Positions 18,101 to 29,091 of a DNA stretch of 64,000 nt are shown here, piece after piece (position 1 is the first letter of the stretch; each line of letters begins with the position of its first letter). Made by a program: the position numbers and the translations under genes. Below the pieces are notes generated by a model. That model saw nothing but the letters and a program-made list of their open reading frames with translations. It had not been told where the DNA came from and did not search any database. The stretch is taken from the IMG/VR virus record IMGVR_UViG_3300023174_000039, positions 124,001 through 188,000 of that record; one strand, 5' to 3'.

Positions 18101-19852
18101 ATGCAAACAAAAGAATATATTGTTATCCTTGAGAAAGGTATTAATTACGACCAAGTATGGACAGATATAGAATCACCTACTAACGGGTTACCTCACATAC
18201 CAGATCGTCCAGTAAGCATTTTAAATAATCTAGATGCATTTAATCGTATGTGCTCTTATGCCCTAACAGATAATGAAGTAGAGAAATTAAAGCAAGATCC
18301 AAGAGTTGTAGGAGTTGAAGTTCCAATTGAACAAATGCCCGGAATTGAAATTAAAGGATTTACAGTTCAAAATCCATCAACCTACAGCCCTCCAGGTAAT
18401 TTTACAAAACCCGCAACAAGTTCATCTGCGGGTACAAGTATAAATTGGGGATTAATACGACATAGTAATCCTACTAATGTTTATGGCACTACAACTACTA
18501 CCTCATTAAATTATGACTATGCGTTGGATGGAACAGGTGTAGACGTAGTGATTTCAGATTCCGGAATTCAAGCAGACCATCCAGAATTTCAATACACAGG
18601 AAACTCTACCTCTAGGGTACAGCAAATAGACTGGGCTAGCTATGTTCCAGCACTCTCAACCGTGGGAAATTGTTACCAAGACAACAATGGTCACGGGACT
18701 CACGTTGCTGGAACGGCAGTAGGAAAAACGTATGGCTGGGCCAAAGGCGCTCAAATATATTCTATACTTGCCTATGGCACCGGTGCCCCTACTGCGCTCA
18801 ACCAATTTTCTGCAATTAAGCTATGGCATCAATCTAAGGGTGCAACAGGCAGACCTACTGTAGTTAACATGAGTTGGGGATCTATCTACCCTTGGTATTA
18901 TTTAGGGAATCTGCCTTCCAATACATCACCTACATTGTCTAATGTAGTGTTAGCTATGAATAATTTCTTATCAACAGTTACTAGCGTTACTTGGCAAGGT
19001 AATACTTATGCTGGCAATGTTAATGTTACAAGTAGAGGCCTATTACTAGACACAACCAATGCTAACTGTGTGAATAGTTTTTATGCCGGTATCCCATCTC
19101 ATACTTTGCAAACTGATGTTGCTCTTGCTGATTTAATTGATTCAGGAGTAGTTGTAGTTAATGCTGCCGGAAATAGTTATTATAAAATTGATATCCCAAC
19201 CGGCGTAGATTATAACAACTATGTCACCACTACTAATGGAAATATTTTATATCAGCGAGGTAGTAGTCCAGGAACTGCAAATGCGATCTGTGTAGGCGCC
19301 CTTAATTCAGTATCCTACAGTTCTACGCAAGATCAAAAAACTGCATTTTCTAATACTGGGCCCGGTGTGGATATATATTCTGCTGGTAATTGTATAATGA
19401 GTTGTACTACAAGCAATGTATCTGCAACATTGTATGCTACTTCATCGCCATACTTTTTAAATAATGGTTACAGACAGCTAAACATAAACGGGACTAGCAT
19501 GGCAAGCCCGCAAATTGCTGGTATGGCAGCATTGTATTTGCAAGCTCATCCACCTGCAAATAATCTTAGTTCAGTTAATTGTACACAAGTGAAATCTTGG
19601 ATAACATCTAGTTCTACAAGCACTATGTATTCGCCTGGCAATGCAACCACTTATACTAATTTTACATCGACCCTTGGCGGTAATGCTATAACTGCATACC
19701 AACCAATTCAGGGACTTACTCAAATCAAAGGAACAGGTAACACCTGGCAATCTCCTGCTAATATTAGTATAAAAACTAGTGCAAACACTTGGACCACAGT
19801 CAACAAGGTATGGACCAAGACCACAGCTAATACCTGGATTCAGACATATTAA
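18101..19852 (+). CDS. subtilisin-like S8 serine protease
   Basis: Catalytic triad motifs VISDSG, HGTHVAG and GTSMASP; oxyanion motif AAGN; propeptide-like N-terminus. Confidence 0.92.
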   Translation: MQTKEYIVILEKGINYDQVWTDIESPTNGLPHIPDRPVSILNNLDAFNRMCSYALTDNEVEKLKQDPRVVGVEVPIEQMPGIEIKGFTVQNPSTYSPPGNFTKPATSSSAGTSINWGLIRHSNPTNVYGTTTTTSLNYDYALDGTGVDVVISDSGIQADHPEFQYTGNSTSRVQQIDWASYVPALSTVGNCYQDNNGHGTHVAGTAVGKTYGWAKGAQIYSILAYGTGAPTALNQFSAIKLWHQSKGATGRPTVVNMSWGSIYPWYYLGNLPSNTSPTLSNVVLAMNNFLSTVTSVTWQGNTYAGNVNVTSRGLLLDTTNANCVNSFYAGIPSHTLQTDVALADLIDSGVVVVNAAGNSYYKIDIPTGVDYNNYVTTTNGNILYQRGSSPGTANAICVGALNSVSYSSTQDQKTAFSNTGPGVDIYSAGNCIMSCTTSNVSATLYATSSPYFLNNGYRQLNINGTSMASPQIAGMAALYLQAHPPANNLSSVNCTQVKSWITSSSTSTMYSPGNATTYTNFTSTLGGNAITAYQPIQGLTQIKGTGNTWQSPANISIKTSANTWTTVNKVWTKTTANTWIQTY

Positions 19853-19879
19853 ATATACCAGACTAGGAACATAATAACA

Positions 19880-22800
19880 ATGGCACAACCAACCTGGATC
19901 ACTCCCGCAGGCAGTTTAGGGATCATACCCGAAGGCGTTTTTTATCAGCAGACTTTGCTGGGATCAACTGATTCGTTGCCAAACACGCCAACTGTTACTG
20001 CCGCCAATGGAGTCACCAACAGATTTACCTGTACCAGTTTAAACGGAATATACCCGCGACTGAACGTGACATTTGCCGGCACAACATTTGGCGGTGTCGA
20101 CGAATACACTAGATATTTTGTACTAGAAGTATTTCCGTTGACCAACGAGTTTTCTATTGCACCCACTGAGTTTACTACAACTCCTACACCATTGACCACA
20201 GCAACAGGGTCAATGACTGCGGTGTTTACTCAACACATCTATTATTATTTGATTTCTGGATCACTTCCTCCGGGCATCCAGGTCAGCGACAACGGAACCA
20301 TTGTGGGTGTGCCGCAGGCCATTGCCAGTTTCCAAGGCGTTCCCCTGGAAGTCAGCCGCGATGTTGTGAGCAAATTTACTTTGCGTGCCTACACTGAAAA
20401 ATATGAAGCTGGGCAGTATGTGCGGGACCGCATTAGAGATAGAACATTTGAATTGACAGTGACCGGTAATGATCCCCCGGCCTGGATCACACCTGCCGGC
20501 GAAATTGGCACATATTATGATGGCGGTGAAGTCAATTTCCAGTTTGCTTATACTGATACTGATCCGGCTGACATTGTGGCTGTGAGCCTGGTAGCAGGTG
20601 AATTCCCGCCAGGAATATCTTTGGGTGCCAAAGGCCTGTTGTACGGATACATTGAACCAATTGTTCCTATTGATGATAACTCTGGTTATGATCTATCTCC
20701 ATCTGGCACACAACCCTATGACTTTGTGTCATCCTATGTGAGCAGAAACTATCAATTCACTCTAGAGATCACTGACGGCAAGTCCAGAGATCTACGAACA
20801 TTCACAATGTTTGTGTATGCTCGAAATGAGATGACTGCCGATACCACGCAGATCACTGCAGATAACACAGTTGTCACTGCTGACGAAACAACTATTCGAG
20901 CACCATTCTTGACCAACGCACTGCCTACCAACTTGGGCAGTGTTCGCAGTGACAACTACTATGTGCATCAGTTTATAGGCGATGATTATGACACTGCTAG
21001 TATTGCCTATGCAATCAATGTTAACCAAGGGTCCGGACTGCCACCATTACAAAACAGCAAAACAGACACTGGTACTACCAATGCTGGACTGGATCCCAAA
21101 ACAGGATTTTTGTATGGTTATATTCCTGACCAAGGTACCACACAGATTGAATACAGTTTCAACATCACTGTGTATCAAACTGAAAGTGTTGCTGTTCCTG
21201 TTTTGTGTACAGCTACCACAGCCGGTACAAATCGTATCACGTGCGCCAGCACTGCCAGCTTGGCTATCCCTAGTGAATGGTACGCTCCCGGGGACCCACC
21301 GTTGTATGTGCCTATCAAGCTGAGTGGTACTGGACTTGGAGGGTTGAGTACAGTGGGAGAAACACTGTATTATGTACTGTACGTTTACAGTGATACTGAA
21401 TTCTCTGTAACTGCCAGTGCCACATCAACAACCCTGGTGATGTTGACCACTTCTGCTGGCACAATGACAGCCAGTGTGGTTATTACCAGCCAACCGTATC
21501 CGTTTACCTTGACCATTGTGGGTGCCATTGACAGTGAGATCACTTGGTTAACTCCGGAACATCTTGGCACCTTGGTCAATGGCGAAACCAGCTTGTTGTA
21601 TATAGAAGCTGTGAACCGTGGTGGCAGAACCTTGCAATACCGCTTGGCCTCTGGCGAATACAACAGCTTGCCCCAGGGCCTGGAACTGTTGCCCACAGGA
21701 GAGATTGCAGGGCGTGTTACATTCAACACATTTGCTGTGGATCTGGGTGCCACAACTTTTGATAACAAAACCACAAACTGGGATAGCTCTTACACATTCA
21801 ATGTGAATGCTTATGCACCTGACACTCAACAAAAATTATACGATGTAGCCAGCATTGGCATTGTGGCCACAGGATCTGGCTACAGCAGTGCCAGCCCGCC
21901 AACCATTGTGTTCTCTACTCCAGTTGGTGCCAGTGCCGAAACAGCCATGGTAGGCAATGTTACCATTGGGTATACAGATGCAATCACATCAGTGAGACGT
22001 GTGGGTAATGTTGCCTATGTAACTGCCAACAACAAACTGGCACCAGGTGATGTAGCCAATGTCAATTGTTCAATCAACTCTTTTGACAATTCCACAGCCA
22101 CAGTGCTGGCCTCCAGTGCCACACAGTTTATCTATGCCAATTCTGGTCCAGATATTGCGTCAACCATTGCAACAGGTACTGTGAAATACGGTACAGGAAT
22201 CACCGCAGTTGAAGTAAGCAATGCAGGTGCAGGATACACAGGCCAGGCCACTATTACCATCACAGAAGGTTATGGCGGGGCAGGAGCCAATCTGCAGGCC
22301 ATAATGCAACAGACTGGCACACGCGATGTGGTGTCAGTGTTCAAGAAGTTTACCATAAAAGTCAACAGAGAATACAATGCACCGTATCAAAGTTTATATG
22401 TGCAGGCCATGCCGCCGGAAAACGATCGTGCCCTGGTGGCCAGCCTATTGAGCAATCAAAATATTTTCATACCCGATTATATCTATAGACCTACTGATCC
22501 AAATTTTGGACTCAGCACCCAGGTGGTATATCAACATGCATTTGGACTTGCTCCGGATGCCTTGGACATATACACTGAAAGTTTGTACCTAAATCACTAC
22601 TGGAAGAATCTCACACTGGGCGAAATCAAAACAGCCGTGGCCAGAGATGCCAACGACAACATTGTGTATGAAGTGGTTTACAGCCAGATTGTTGACAATC
22701 TAGTGAATGCCAGTGGCCAAAGTGTGGCCAAAATTGAAGCCACTGCATACCCCATTGTTGATCCTGCCGACGGTAGTAGTGTACTGAATGTGGTTTACCC

Positions 22801-24226
22801 CAACAGTTTGATCAACATGCGAAATCAAGTTATTGACACTGTGGGGCAAATATCAACAGGACTGCCACTCTGGATGACCAGTAAACAAGACAACGGGCGT
22901 GTGCTTGGGTTCACTCCAGCCTGGGTCATTGCTTATGTCAAGCCCGGTCGCGGCGCACAAGTTGCGTACTATCTAAATCGGCAATTTGGTGTGCAATTGA
23001 ACCGTGTGGACTTCAAAGTTGACCGTTACATACTGGATCGTAGCTTGAGCTTGAACTGGGACACTACCACACAAGACTGGACACCACAGCCAAGTTTGAC
23101 CACCTTTGATCGATTTGACACGTCGGGGTATAAATTTGTTGGTAACGTGACTTTTGCCACAAATTTAGCCTACTCAGATGTAAATGCAAGATCAGTGTCT
23201 TACATCAATGATCTGGGTGGACTTGATGGATACATAAACACTGGCCAACCGGTCAACACTGGCGATACCTTGATATTTGTCAAGCAGGAAAACTACAATG
23301 GGCCACCGGGCAGTAAGTACAGCACCACAGACCAGGCCTGGCAAGATTATGTGGTCACCTATGGTGAAGAAGGGTTTGATCAGGCAGGAACAGAATTTGA
23401 TCAAAGTTACACTGTGAGTGGTGGTGATGTTTTGATATGTACCAGTACCAATGCTGTGACCAATCGTATAACGTATAACAATGTCACTGGAATTCCCAAA
23501 GTGTATGCTGGATTGCCACTAAGATTGTTCACTCCCATTGGCGGACTAAGTGCGGGATTGCATGTGGTATTGACTGCTCCTAACAACAATACATTTACAG
23601 TGGGCAAGGCAACCACGGTAACACAAGTAGAAGTCAGTACAGATTTAATCACAGTGGCTGATGTCACTGGGTTTGCTGTCAATAGTCCAGTGCAATTTTA
23701 TCAGACCACATTTGGTGGCCTAGTTGCGGGTGTTACCTATTACATCTTGTCAATCACAGAAATTGCTGCTGGATATCAAATAACTGTATCGTTAACTCCT
23801 GGCGGAGTCAGAGAAGTTTTGGCCGGTGGAACAGGATCATGTTTGATGTACAGTAACACTGTGCCTGTCACAACTGACACAGGTACCATGGAAGCAGGAA
23901 TATTCAACGAACGAATGGCCATTTATAGAATCAATCGAGACCCGGTATCCAGTGTGATATCATTGACTTTGGTAGATCAAACTCAATCCAATGAATATGT
24001 GCAGGTCAGCCGAGGTGTGCAGTACAGAAACGCTCAATTGTATAGACCAGCCGCGCCTGCAGTTGATTTAACAAGAGTGAGTTGGTTACCGTTGGTCACT
24101 GTGGTAACCAACGAAACAACATTTGACCGAGATAGTATGCAGTTTATTGAACCAGTGGATATGTACAACGCTGGACAAATCAACGATAAATATCTTGTAT
24201 TCCCCAAGAGCAATATTTTGGTATAA
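19880..24226 (+). CDS. large virion structural protein with repeated Ig-like domains
   Basis: 1448 aa; repeated WITPAG.LG and GSLPPGI/GEFPPGI/LPQGL units. Confidence 0.75.
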   Translation: MAQPTWITPAGSLGIIPEGVFYQQTLLGSTDSLPNTPTVTAANGVTNRFTCTSLNGIYPRLNVTFAGTTFGGVDEYTRYFVLEVFPLTNEFSIAPTEFTTTPTPLTTATGSMTAVFTQHIYYYLISGSLPPGIQVSDNGTIVGVPQAIASFQGVPLEVSRDVVSKFTLRAYTEKYEAGQYVRDRIRDRTFELTVTGNDPPAWITPAGEIGTYYDGGEVNFQFAYTDTDPADIVAVSLVAGEFPPGISLGAKGLLYGYIEPIVPIDDNSGYDLSPSGTQPYDFVSSYVSRNYQFTLEITDGKSRDLRTFTMFVYARNEMTADTTQITADNTVVTADETTIRAPFLTNALPTNLGSVRSDNYYVHQFIGDDYDTASIAYAINVNQGSGLPPLQNSKTDTGTTNAGLDPKTGFLYGYIPDQGTTQIEYSFNITVYQTESVAVPVLCTATTAGTNRITCASTASLAIPSEWYAPGDPPLYVPIKLSGTGLGGLSTVGETLYYVLYVYSDTEFSVTASATSTTLVMLTTSAGTMTASVVITSQPYPFTLTIVGAIDSEITWLTPEHLGTLVNGETSLLYIEAVNRGGRTLQYRLASGEYNSLPQGLELLPTGEIAGRVTFNTFAVDLGATTFDNKTTNWDSSYTFNVNAYAPDTQQKLYDVASIGIVATGSGYSSASPPTIVFSTPVGASAETAMVGNVTIGYTDAITSVRRVGNVAYVTANNKLAPGDVANVNCSINSFDNSTATVLASSATQFIYANSGPDIASTIATGTVKYGTGITAVEVSNAGAGYTGQATITITEGYGGAGANLQAIMQQTGTRDVVSVFKKFTIKVNREYNAPYQSLYVQAMPPENDRALVASLLSNQNIFIPDYIYRPTDPNFGLSTQVVYQHAFGLAPDALDIYTESLYLNHYWKNLTLGEIKTAVARDANDNIVYEVVYSQIVDNLVNASGQSVAKIEATAYPIVDPADGSSVLNVVYPNSLINMRNQVIDTVGQISTGLPLWMTSKQDNGRVLGFTPAWVIAYVKPGRGAQVAYYLNRQFGVQLNRVDFKVDRYILDRSLSLNWDTTTQDWTPQPSLTTFDRFDTSGYKFVGNVTFATNLAYSDVNARSVSYINDLGGLDGYINTGQPVNTGDTLIFVKQENYNGPPGSKYSTTDQAWQDYVVTYGEEGFDQAGTEFDQSYTVSGGDVLICTSTNAVTNRITYNNVTGIPKVYAGLPLRLFTPIGGLSAGLHVVLTAPNNNTFTVGKATTVTQVEVSTDLITVADVTGFAVNSPVQFYQTTFGGLVAGVTYYILSITEIAAGYQITVSLTPGGVREVLAGGTGSCLMYSNTVPVTTDTGTMEAGIFNERMAIYRINRDPVSSVISLTLVDQTQSNEYVQVSRGVQYRNAQLYRPAAPAVDLTRVSWLPLVTVVTNETTFDRDSMQFIEPVDMYNAGQINDKYLVFPKSNILV

Positions 24227-24239
24227 CAAGGACAACTAA

Positions 24240-25715
24240 ATGACAAGTAGCATCAACCCCAACAACATCGACGGCTCGTATCCAGTCGCTGGACAAGACA
24301 ATAACTCACAAGGTTTTCGAGATAACTTTACGAATACCAAAGTTAACTTTCAGTATGCTGAAGATGAAATCAATGACCTACAAAACAAAGTGGTACTGAA
24401 GGCAGCATTGACTGGTAGTTCACTCAACAATGACATGAATGATGCTCTATTAATTGCTGCCCAAATTCAAGATTTTTCGGCTCTGAGAGTTGGTATATCC
24501 AGCACCAGCGGCAGTATTGCCGTTAATTATGCTTCAGGTCACTACCAAACAATCAGTACAACTGGATCAATTTCGCTGAGTTTTAACAATTTCCCGCCAT
24601 CTGGTCAGTATGGATATGTCAAACTACAAATCAACATTACCAACATAGCGCACACAGTGACTTTACCAGCGGCTGTTACTCTGGGCACATCGGGTTTGCA
24701 AGGATACAGTGCCGGTACAATCACTTTTGGTGCAACTGGAACCTATGAGTTTGCGTTTGGTACTTATAATGCTGGATCAACTATCACAATCTTTGACTTG
24801 AATCGCGCACTAACAAATTTTACTGCGGCTGATCTCACAATTGATGATCTTACTGCATCTGGCAATGTGATTGCCACAGGCAACGTAACTGGAGGCAATA
24901 TTCGCACTGCTGGATCTGTATCTTCAACTGGCAATGTCACCAGTGGTAACGTTAGCACAGTGGGACTGGTCACTGCCACAGGCAATGTGGGCGGCGGCAA
25001 TATCAATTCAGGTGGTACAGTAAGTGCTGTGGGCAATGTAACTGGTGGTAATGTCAACGCATTTGTAAGACCAACTATTGGCACAAGTAGTGTTGCTCCT
25101 GTGGTGTTTACCGCTGGTACCAATATGACCACCCCTGCTGCCGGTGCATTTGAATACGACGGTGTTGTATTTTATGGTTCGCCACAGGCCAATCAACGTG
25201 GCGTGATTGCCGCAGAACAATTCATTGCACTGACAGCAGGCTACACCGGTGCTGACTCAGCAACTGCGCAAAAAGTCTTTAACAGCAGTACCAATGGTGC
25301 AGTGACCTTGGCCGCAAGCACAACCTACTTTATGGAAGGTGTGTATTATATCACACGTGCCGCTGGTACAACCAGTCACACACTCAGCACCTTGTTTGCA
25401 CTGGGTGGTACGCTGACCAGTATTGCTTACACAGCCGATACCACCAGCACAACTGGCAATGCTTTGGGTGCTGTCAGTCGAATCTATGCCACAGGAGCCA
25501 CTGCCACAGTGGTCACTGCGGCCAGCACAAGTGCTACAGAAAACATCACAGTGACCATCCGTGGCATTGTGAGAACCAATTCTGCTGGTACATTTACTCC
25601 ACAAATTCAGTATTCGGCTGCACCTGGCGGTGCACCAACTGTTTTGGCCAACAGTTTCTTCAAACTCACCCCAATTGGCAACAACACAGTGGCCACTGTG
25701 GGCAATTGGAGTTAA
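24240..25715 (+). CDS. virion structural/fibre protein
   Basis: YPVAGQDNNSQGFRDNF N-terminus; GNVTGGN repeats. Confidence 0.75.
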   Translation: MTSSINPNNIDGSYPVAGQDNNSQGFRDNFTNTKVNFQYAEDEINDLQNKVVLKAALTGSSLNNDMNDALLIAAQIQDFSALRVGISSTSGSIAVNYASGHYQTISTTGSISLSFNNFPPSGQYGYVKLQINITNIAHTVTLPAAVTLGTSGLQGYSAGTITFGATGTYEFAFGTYNAGSTITIFDLNRALTNFTAADLTIDDLTASGNVIATGNVTGGNIRTAGSVSSTGNVTSGNVSTVGLVTATGNVGGGNINSGGTVSAVGNVTGGNVNAFVRPTIGTSSVAPVVFTAGTNMTTPAAGAFEYDGVVFYGSPQANQRGVIAAEQFIALTAGYTGADSATAQKVFNSSTNGAVTLAASTTYFMEGVYYITRAAGTTSHTLSTLFALGGTLTSIAYTADTTSTTGNALGAVSRIYATGATATVVTAASTSATENITVTIRGIVRTNSAGTFTPQIQYSAAPGGAPTVLANSFFKLTPIGNNTVATVGNWS

Positions 25716-25724
25716 CCAAACAAT

Positions 25725-25753
25725 TTGACTTTGCTGACTAACTGTATTATAAT
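25725..25753 (+). promoter_or_regulatory. sigma70-type promoter (leaderless)
   Basis: TTGACT-17 nt-TATAAT; ATG 6 nt downstream. Confidence 0.75.
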
Positions 25754-25759
25754 TACAGT

Positions 25760-25990
25760 ATGGAGCATCCACTAATAGGCAATATTGATCATCTCACTGA
25801 GGACCAACTCAGTGAGAAAATCAACGAGCTAAACAGAAAATTAAACATGGCGGTGCGTTCGGGTAACGGACACATGTGTAATCAACTGCGCATGGCCTTA
25901 GAGTCATTTCAAAGCAAATATCAACAAAAACTTCAAGAGGCCCGTAAAGGCCAATCCACAAACTTTGACGACAAGATCGACATTAAATGA
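25760..25990 (+). CDS. hypothetical coiled-coil protein
   Basis: 76 aa. Confidence 0.75.
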   Translation: MEHPLIGNIDHLTEDQLSEKINELNRKLNMAVRSGNGHMCNQLRMALESFQSKYQQKLQEARKGQSTNFDDKIDIK

Positions 25991-26598
25991 ACGTTAGACT
26001 ACAATACGACCTAGAGTTTCTGGGCGGCATATATTTTGAAGATCAACTGCAGATGAATCAGTACTCAGTGAGTTTGAGTTTTGTAACAGGAACAGCTGAT
26101 CCTGCAGACACAAACATAGCCATGGATCGAGTAAAAGCATTTGTGTTTGGAGAGCTAGAACATTCGGTGTTTATGAATGGTGCTCAAAGAGAACGAGCAG
26201 AGCTCATGCACATGATGGGTATCAATGTTACCACCCTGCCCGAAGAACCAGTAGACCAGATCATTGGTATGATGTTATACTACAAACTCAATGCTGTGAT
26301 GGAGGGTCGTATGATTGTGCGCAGTCTAGATATCAGTTCCACACTGGGCGATTCAGTTTGGTATCAACACGATGATGAAGACTCCGCAGGACCGTTTGCT
26401 CAAGATGGATGGTGGCACGATTCCACAGTAAAACACAACACAGTGGACTTTGCAGAAGCAGATGAACATGTGCTAAAGGTCGAACCCAATGTCTGGGCAG
26501 ACTATGGATTGTTATGGCCCAATGAGCAACCATTAACAGCCAAAACAGAAGCAGGCAACACAGTGGTATTTGGAAACTTCCCAAAAAATGAAAACTGA
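25987..26598 (+). CDS. hypothetical phage protein
   Basis: 203 aa; ATGA coupling. Confidence 0.75.
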   Translation: MNVRLQYDLEFLGGIYFEDQLQMNQYSVSLSFVTGTADPADTNIAMDRVKAFVFGELEHSVFMNGAQRERAELMHMMGINVTTLPEEPVDQIIGMMLYYKLNAVMEGRMIVRSLDISSTLGDSVWYQHDDEDSAGPFAQDGWWHDSTVKHNTVDFAEADEHVLKVEPNVWADYGLLWPNEQPLTAKTEAGNTVVFGNFPKNEN

Positions 26599-27097
26599 CG
26601 CAGTAGGACAAATTGTACTAGATGAAACAGACTTGATCAACATGATCATGACTGGTCGCGATCTAGAAAGTATTAGCAATGCCTTGGTAGATGGTACTGT
26701 AGACTTGGAAGCAGCCGCCTATTGGCTCGAGCATGTGCCAGCATTTACCTACTGGACTGAGCCACCAACTCAGGAAGTATTTGATACAGTGCAACGACAG
26801 AACTGGCACATGCCTGATCGGTACAAGCAGTTGGACATTGCAGAATATGTGCTGAATCTTTGTACCACAGACGCAGAACTACAACGCTGTGGGCACGAAC
26901 TCATGCTGTATCAAGAACGTGGCTTGTTTAATTTACTGCGTTTCTTGACATATCTGGTAGACATCATGCGTGAGAATCGTGTGATCTGGGGTGTGGGGCG
27001 TGGGTCCAGCGTCAGCAGTTATGTGTTGTATAAATTGGGTATTCATAGAATTGATTCGATGTTCTATGATTTAGACGTAGAAGAGTTTTTACGTTAA
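26588..27097 (+). CDS. DNA polymerase III alpha (DnaE)-like fragment
   Basis: WGVGRGSSVSSYVLYKLGIHRIDS matches the DnaE GPGRGS motif; only about 169 aa. Confidence 0.8.
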   Translation: MKTDAVGQIVLDETDLINMIMTGRDLESISNALVDGTVDLEAAAYWLEHVPAFTYWTEPPTQEVFDTVQRQNWHMPDRYKQLDIAEYVLNLCTTDAELQRCGHELMLYQERGLFNLLRFLTYLVDIMRENRVIWGVGRGSSVSSYVLYKLGIHRIDSMFYDLDVEEFLR

Positions 27098-27119
27098 ATA
27101 TTGTTTTAGGAGAACTACA

Positions 27120-27320
27120 ATGACAAGCAAAGTATATAAATCTGCACAAGGTAAAACAGTTGACATGGGTCGTTTACAATTGCAAAACGAAAATGTTCGT
27201 GCTGTGGGCAATATGAAAGTCAACGCACGTGGCGACATGGTAGATGACATGAATCGAGTTATCAGCACCAAAGCAGAGCAAGTGAACAAGCAGTACACCA
27301 CACAAACCACAAAGAAATAA
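27120..27320 (+). CDS. hypothetical late protein
   Basis: TAAATA and AGGAG upstream; AVGNMKVNARGD motif. Confidence 0.75.
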   Translation: MTSKVYKSAQGKTVDMGRLQLQNENVRAVGNMKVNARGDMVDDMNRVISTKAEQVNKQYTTQTTKK

Positions 27321-27321
27321 C

Positions 27322-27726
27322 ATGACGGCCAAAGCAGCATTTGAACCACACCGAATTGATCGCGAACAACTAAAGCCCTTACGGGACGCTGTGATTGTAA
27401 GCGACATGAATTTTAAAGAACGTATCAGCCGTGGTGGACTTATCCTGCCCACTGACAATGGCAAGAGTTCTGGCATTCGTCCACGCTGGGGGCAAGTGTA
27501 TGCAGTAGGACCTGATCAAAAAGATATCCGAGTGGGCACATGGATCTGTGTAGAACACGGTCGCTGGACACGTGGCATTGATATTGAAGACGAAAACGGT
27601 CGACAAACACTGCGCAGAGTTGACCCCAAAGATGTTATGATGGAATCAGACGATGAGCCACAGGACACAACCTTTTCAGATGCTATCCATGTGGAAGCCA
27701 AACCCGACTGGATGCAACACAATTGA
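27322..27726 (+). CDS. groES: co-chaperonin GroES-like protein
   Basis: LKPLRDAVIV...GGLILP...GQVYAVGP...IRVG. Confidence 0.82.
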   Translation: MTAKAAFEPHRIDREQLKPLRDAVIVSDMNFKERISRGGLILPTDNGKSSGIRPRWGQVYAVGPDQKDIRVGTWICVEHGRWTRGIDIEDENGRQTLRRVDPKDVMMESDDEPQDTTFSDAIHVEAKPDWMQHN

Positions 27727-27980
27727 TACGCAATTGGAATGCTGGTGAAATCATCAGCGAAATACAAAAAATTTATTTTGCCACAACAGACCCCAGGATG
27801 GACGGTTATACCACTTGGGCTTGCAAACAAGACCTGTATCGTGTACAATTTGCACTAGAGCGTATGTTAAAGAATTGCCCAACCTATTCGCTGGAAAATG
27901 AATGGCTAGAAGAGCAACGATTAGAACGCGAGAAACAACAAGTCTGGAGAACACTTAATGATAAAAAAGGATTGGAATAA
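27723..27980 (+). CDS. hypothetical phage protein
   Basis: 85 aa. Confidence 0.65.
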   Translation: MIRNWNAGEIISEIQKIYFATTDPRMDGYTTWACKQDLYRVQFALERMLKNCPTYSLENEWLEEQRLEREKQQVWRTLNDKKGLE

Positions 27981-28171
27981 TGAGTAAAGGTTCAAGACCC
28001 CGACCATCAATTGTCAGTCAAGAAGAATTGGCAGCTAGACACGCAGAGATCTTTGGCACAAAAGAGCCAAAGCCTCGCTATGTTCCGCCACCATTGCCAG
28101 AGGACATGCAAAACATCGAGTCGTCACATGCACGACAATTGGGCAAGAACATTCCACAAGGAAGAACATGA
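27980..28171 (+). CDS. hypothetical protein (MSKGSRPRP)
   Basis: 63 aa, coupled to genes on both sides. Confidence 0.65.
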   Translation: MSKGSRPRPSIVSQEELAARHAEIFGTKEPKPRYVPPPLPEDMQNIESSHARQLGKNIPQGRT

Positions 28172-29091
28172 AAGAGTTATGGGTAGAGCAGTATCGGCCA
28201 AAAACAGTAGACGGCTATGTGTTTGTGGATGACGCACAACGTGATCAAGTACAGCAATGGATTCAGGACGGATCAATTCCGCACTTGATGCTGTCAGGAT
28301 CTGCAGGTACAGGTAAAACAACCTTGGCCAAACTGTTGATTAATGAACTGGGTGTGGATGAATATGATGTGATGTGGGCCAATGGTTCCAAGGAAGCTCG
28401 CAAGATTGAATGGGTCGACAAGCTGATTGGCTTTTGTCAAACCATGCCATTTGGCCGGTTCAAGGTTGTGCTCATAGACGAAGCAGACTACATGAACAAG
28501 GATTCGGTACAGCCTGCCTTGCGTAACTTGATGGAAGACTATTCGCAGACTGTGCGCTTTATTCTTACTTGTAACTACCCACACAAGATCATTGCACCCA
28601 TCCACAGTCGTTGTCAAGGCTTTCACATTGTCAAAACAGATCACGTGGAGTTCACTGCTAGAGTTGCCACTGTGTTGCTGGAAGAGAGCGTGGCATTTGA
28701 CATGGATGTGTTGGACAGTTATGTCAAGGCCACATACCCAGATCTACGCAAGTGTTTGAATCTTGTGCAACTGAACAGTCAAGGTGGTGAACTCAAACAA
28801 CCCAGTGCCACAGACAAGAGTGCTAGAGACTGGCGATTGGAATGTGTGGACTTGTTCAAGCGTGGCAAAATACGTGATGCACGAGCAGTACTGTGCCAAA
28901 ACTCATCACCAGAAGAAGCGGAAGATGTGTTCCGTTGGATGTACGACAACTTGGACTTGTGGGGCGACACACCTGAACGCCAGGATCAAGCAATTGTGAT
29001 CATTCGCAATGGCCTGGTCAATCACAATGCAGTGGCAGATGTAGAGATCAACTTGAGTGCAACCCTAATTGAATTGGCAGGAATACAATGA
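28168..29091 (+). CDS. sliding-clamp loader ATPase subunit (T4 gp44/RFC-like)
   Basis: LWVEQYRP, GSAGTGKTT, DEADY and SRC motifs. Confidence 0.93.
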   Translation: MKELWVEQYRPKTVDGYVFVDDAQRDQVQQWIQDGSIPHLMLSGSAGTGKTTLAKLLINELGVDEYDVMWANGSKEARKIEWVDKLIGFCQTMPFGRFKVVLIDEADYMNKDSVQPALRNLMEDYSQTVRFILTCNYPHKIIAPIHSRCQGFHIVKTDHVEFTARVATVLLEESVAFDMDVLDSYVKATYPDLRKCLNLVQLNSQGGELKQPSATDKSARDWRLECVDLFKRGKIRDARAVLCQNSSPEEAEDVFRWMYDNLDLWGDTPERQDQAIVIIRNGLVNHNAVADVEINLSATLIELAGIQ

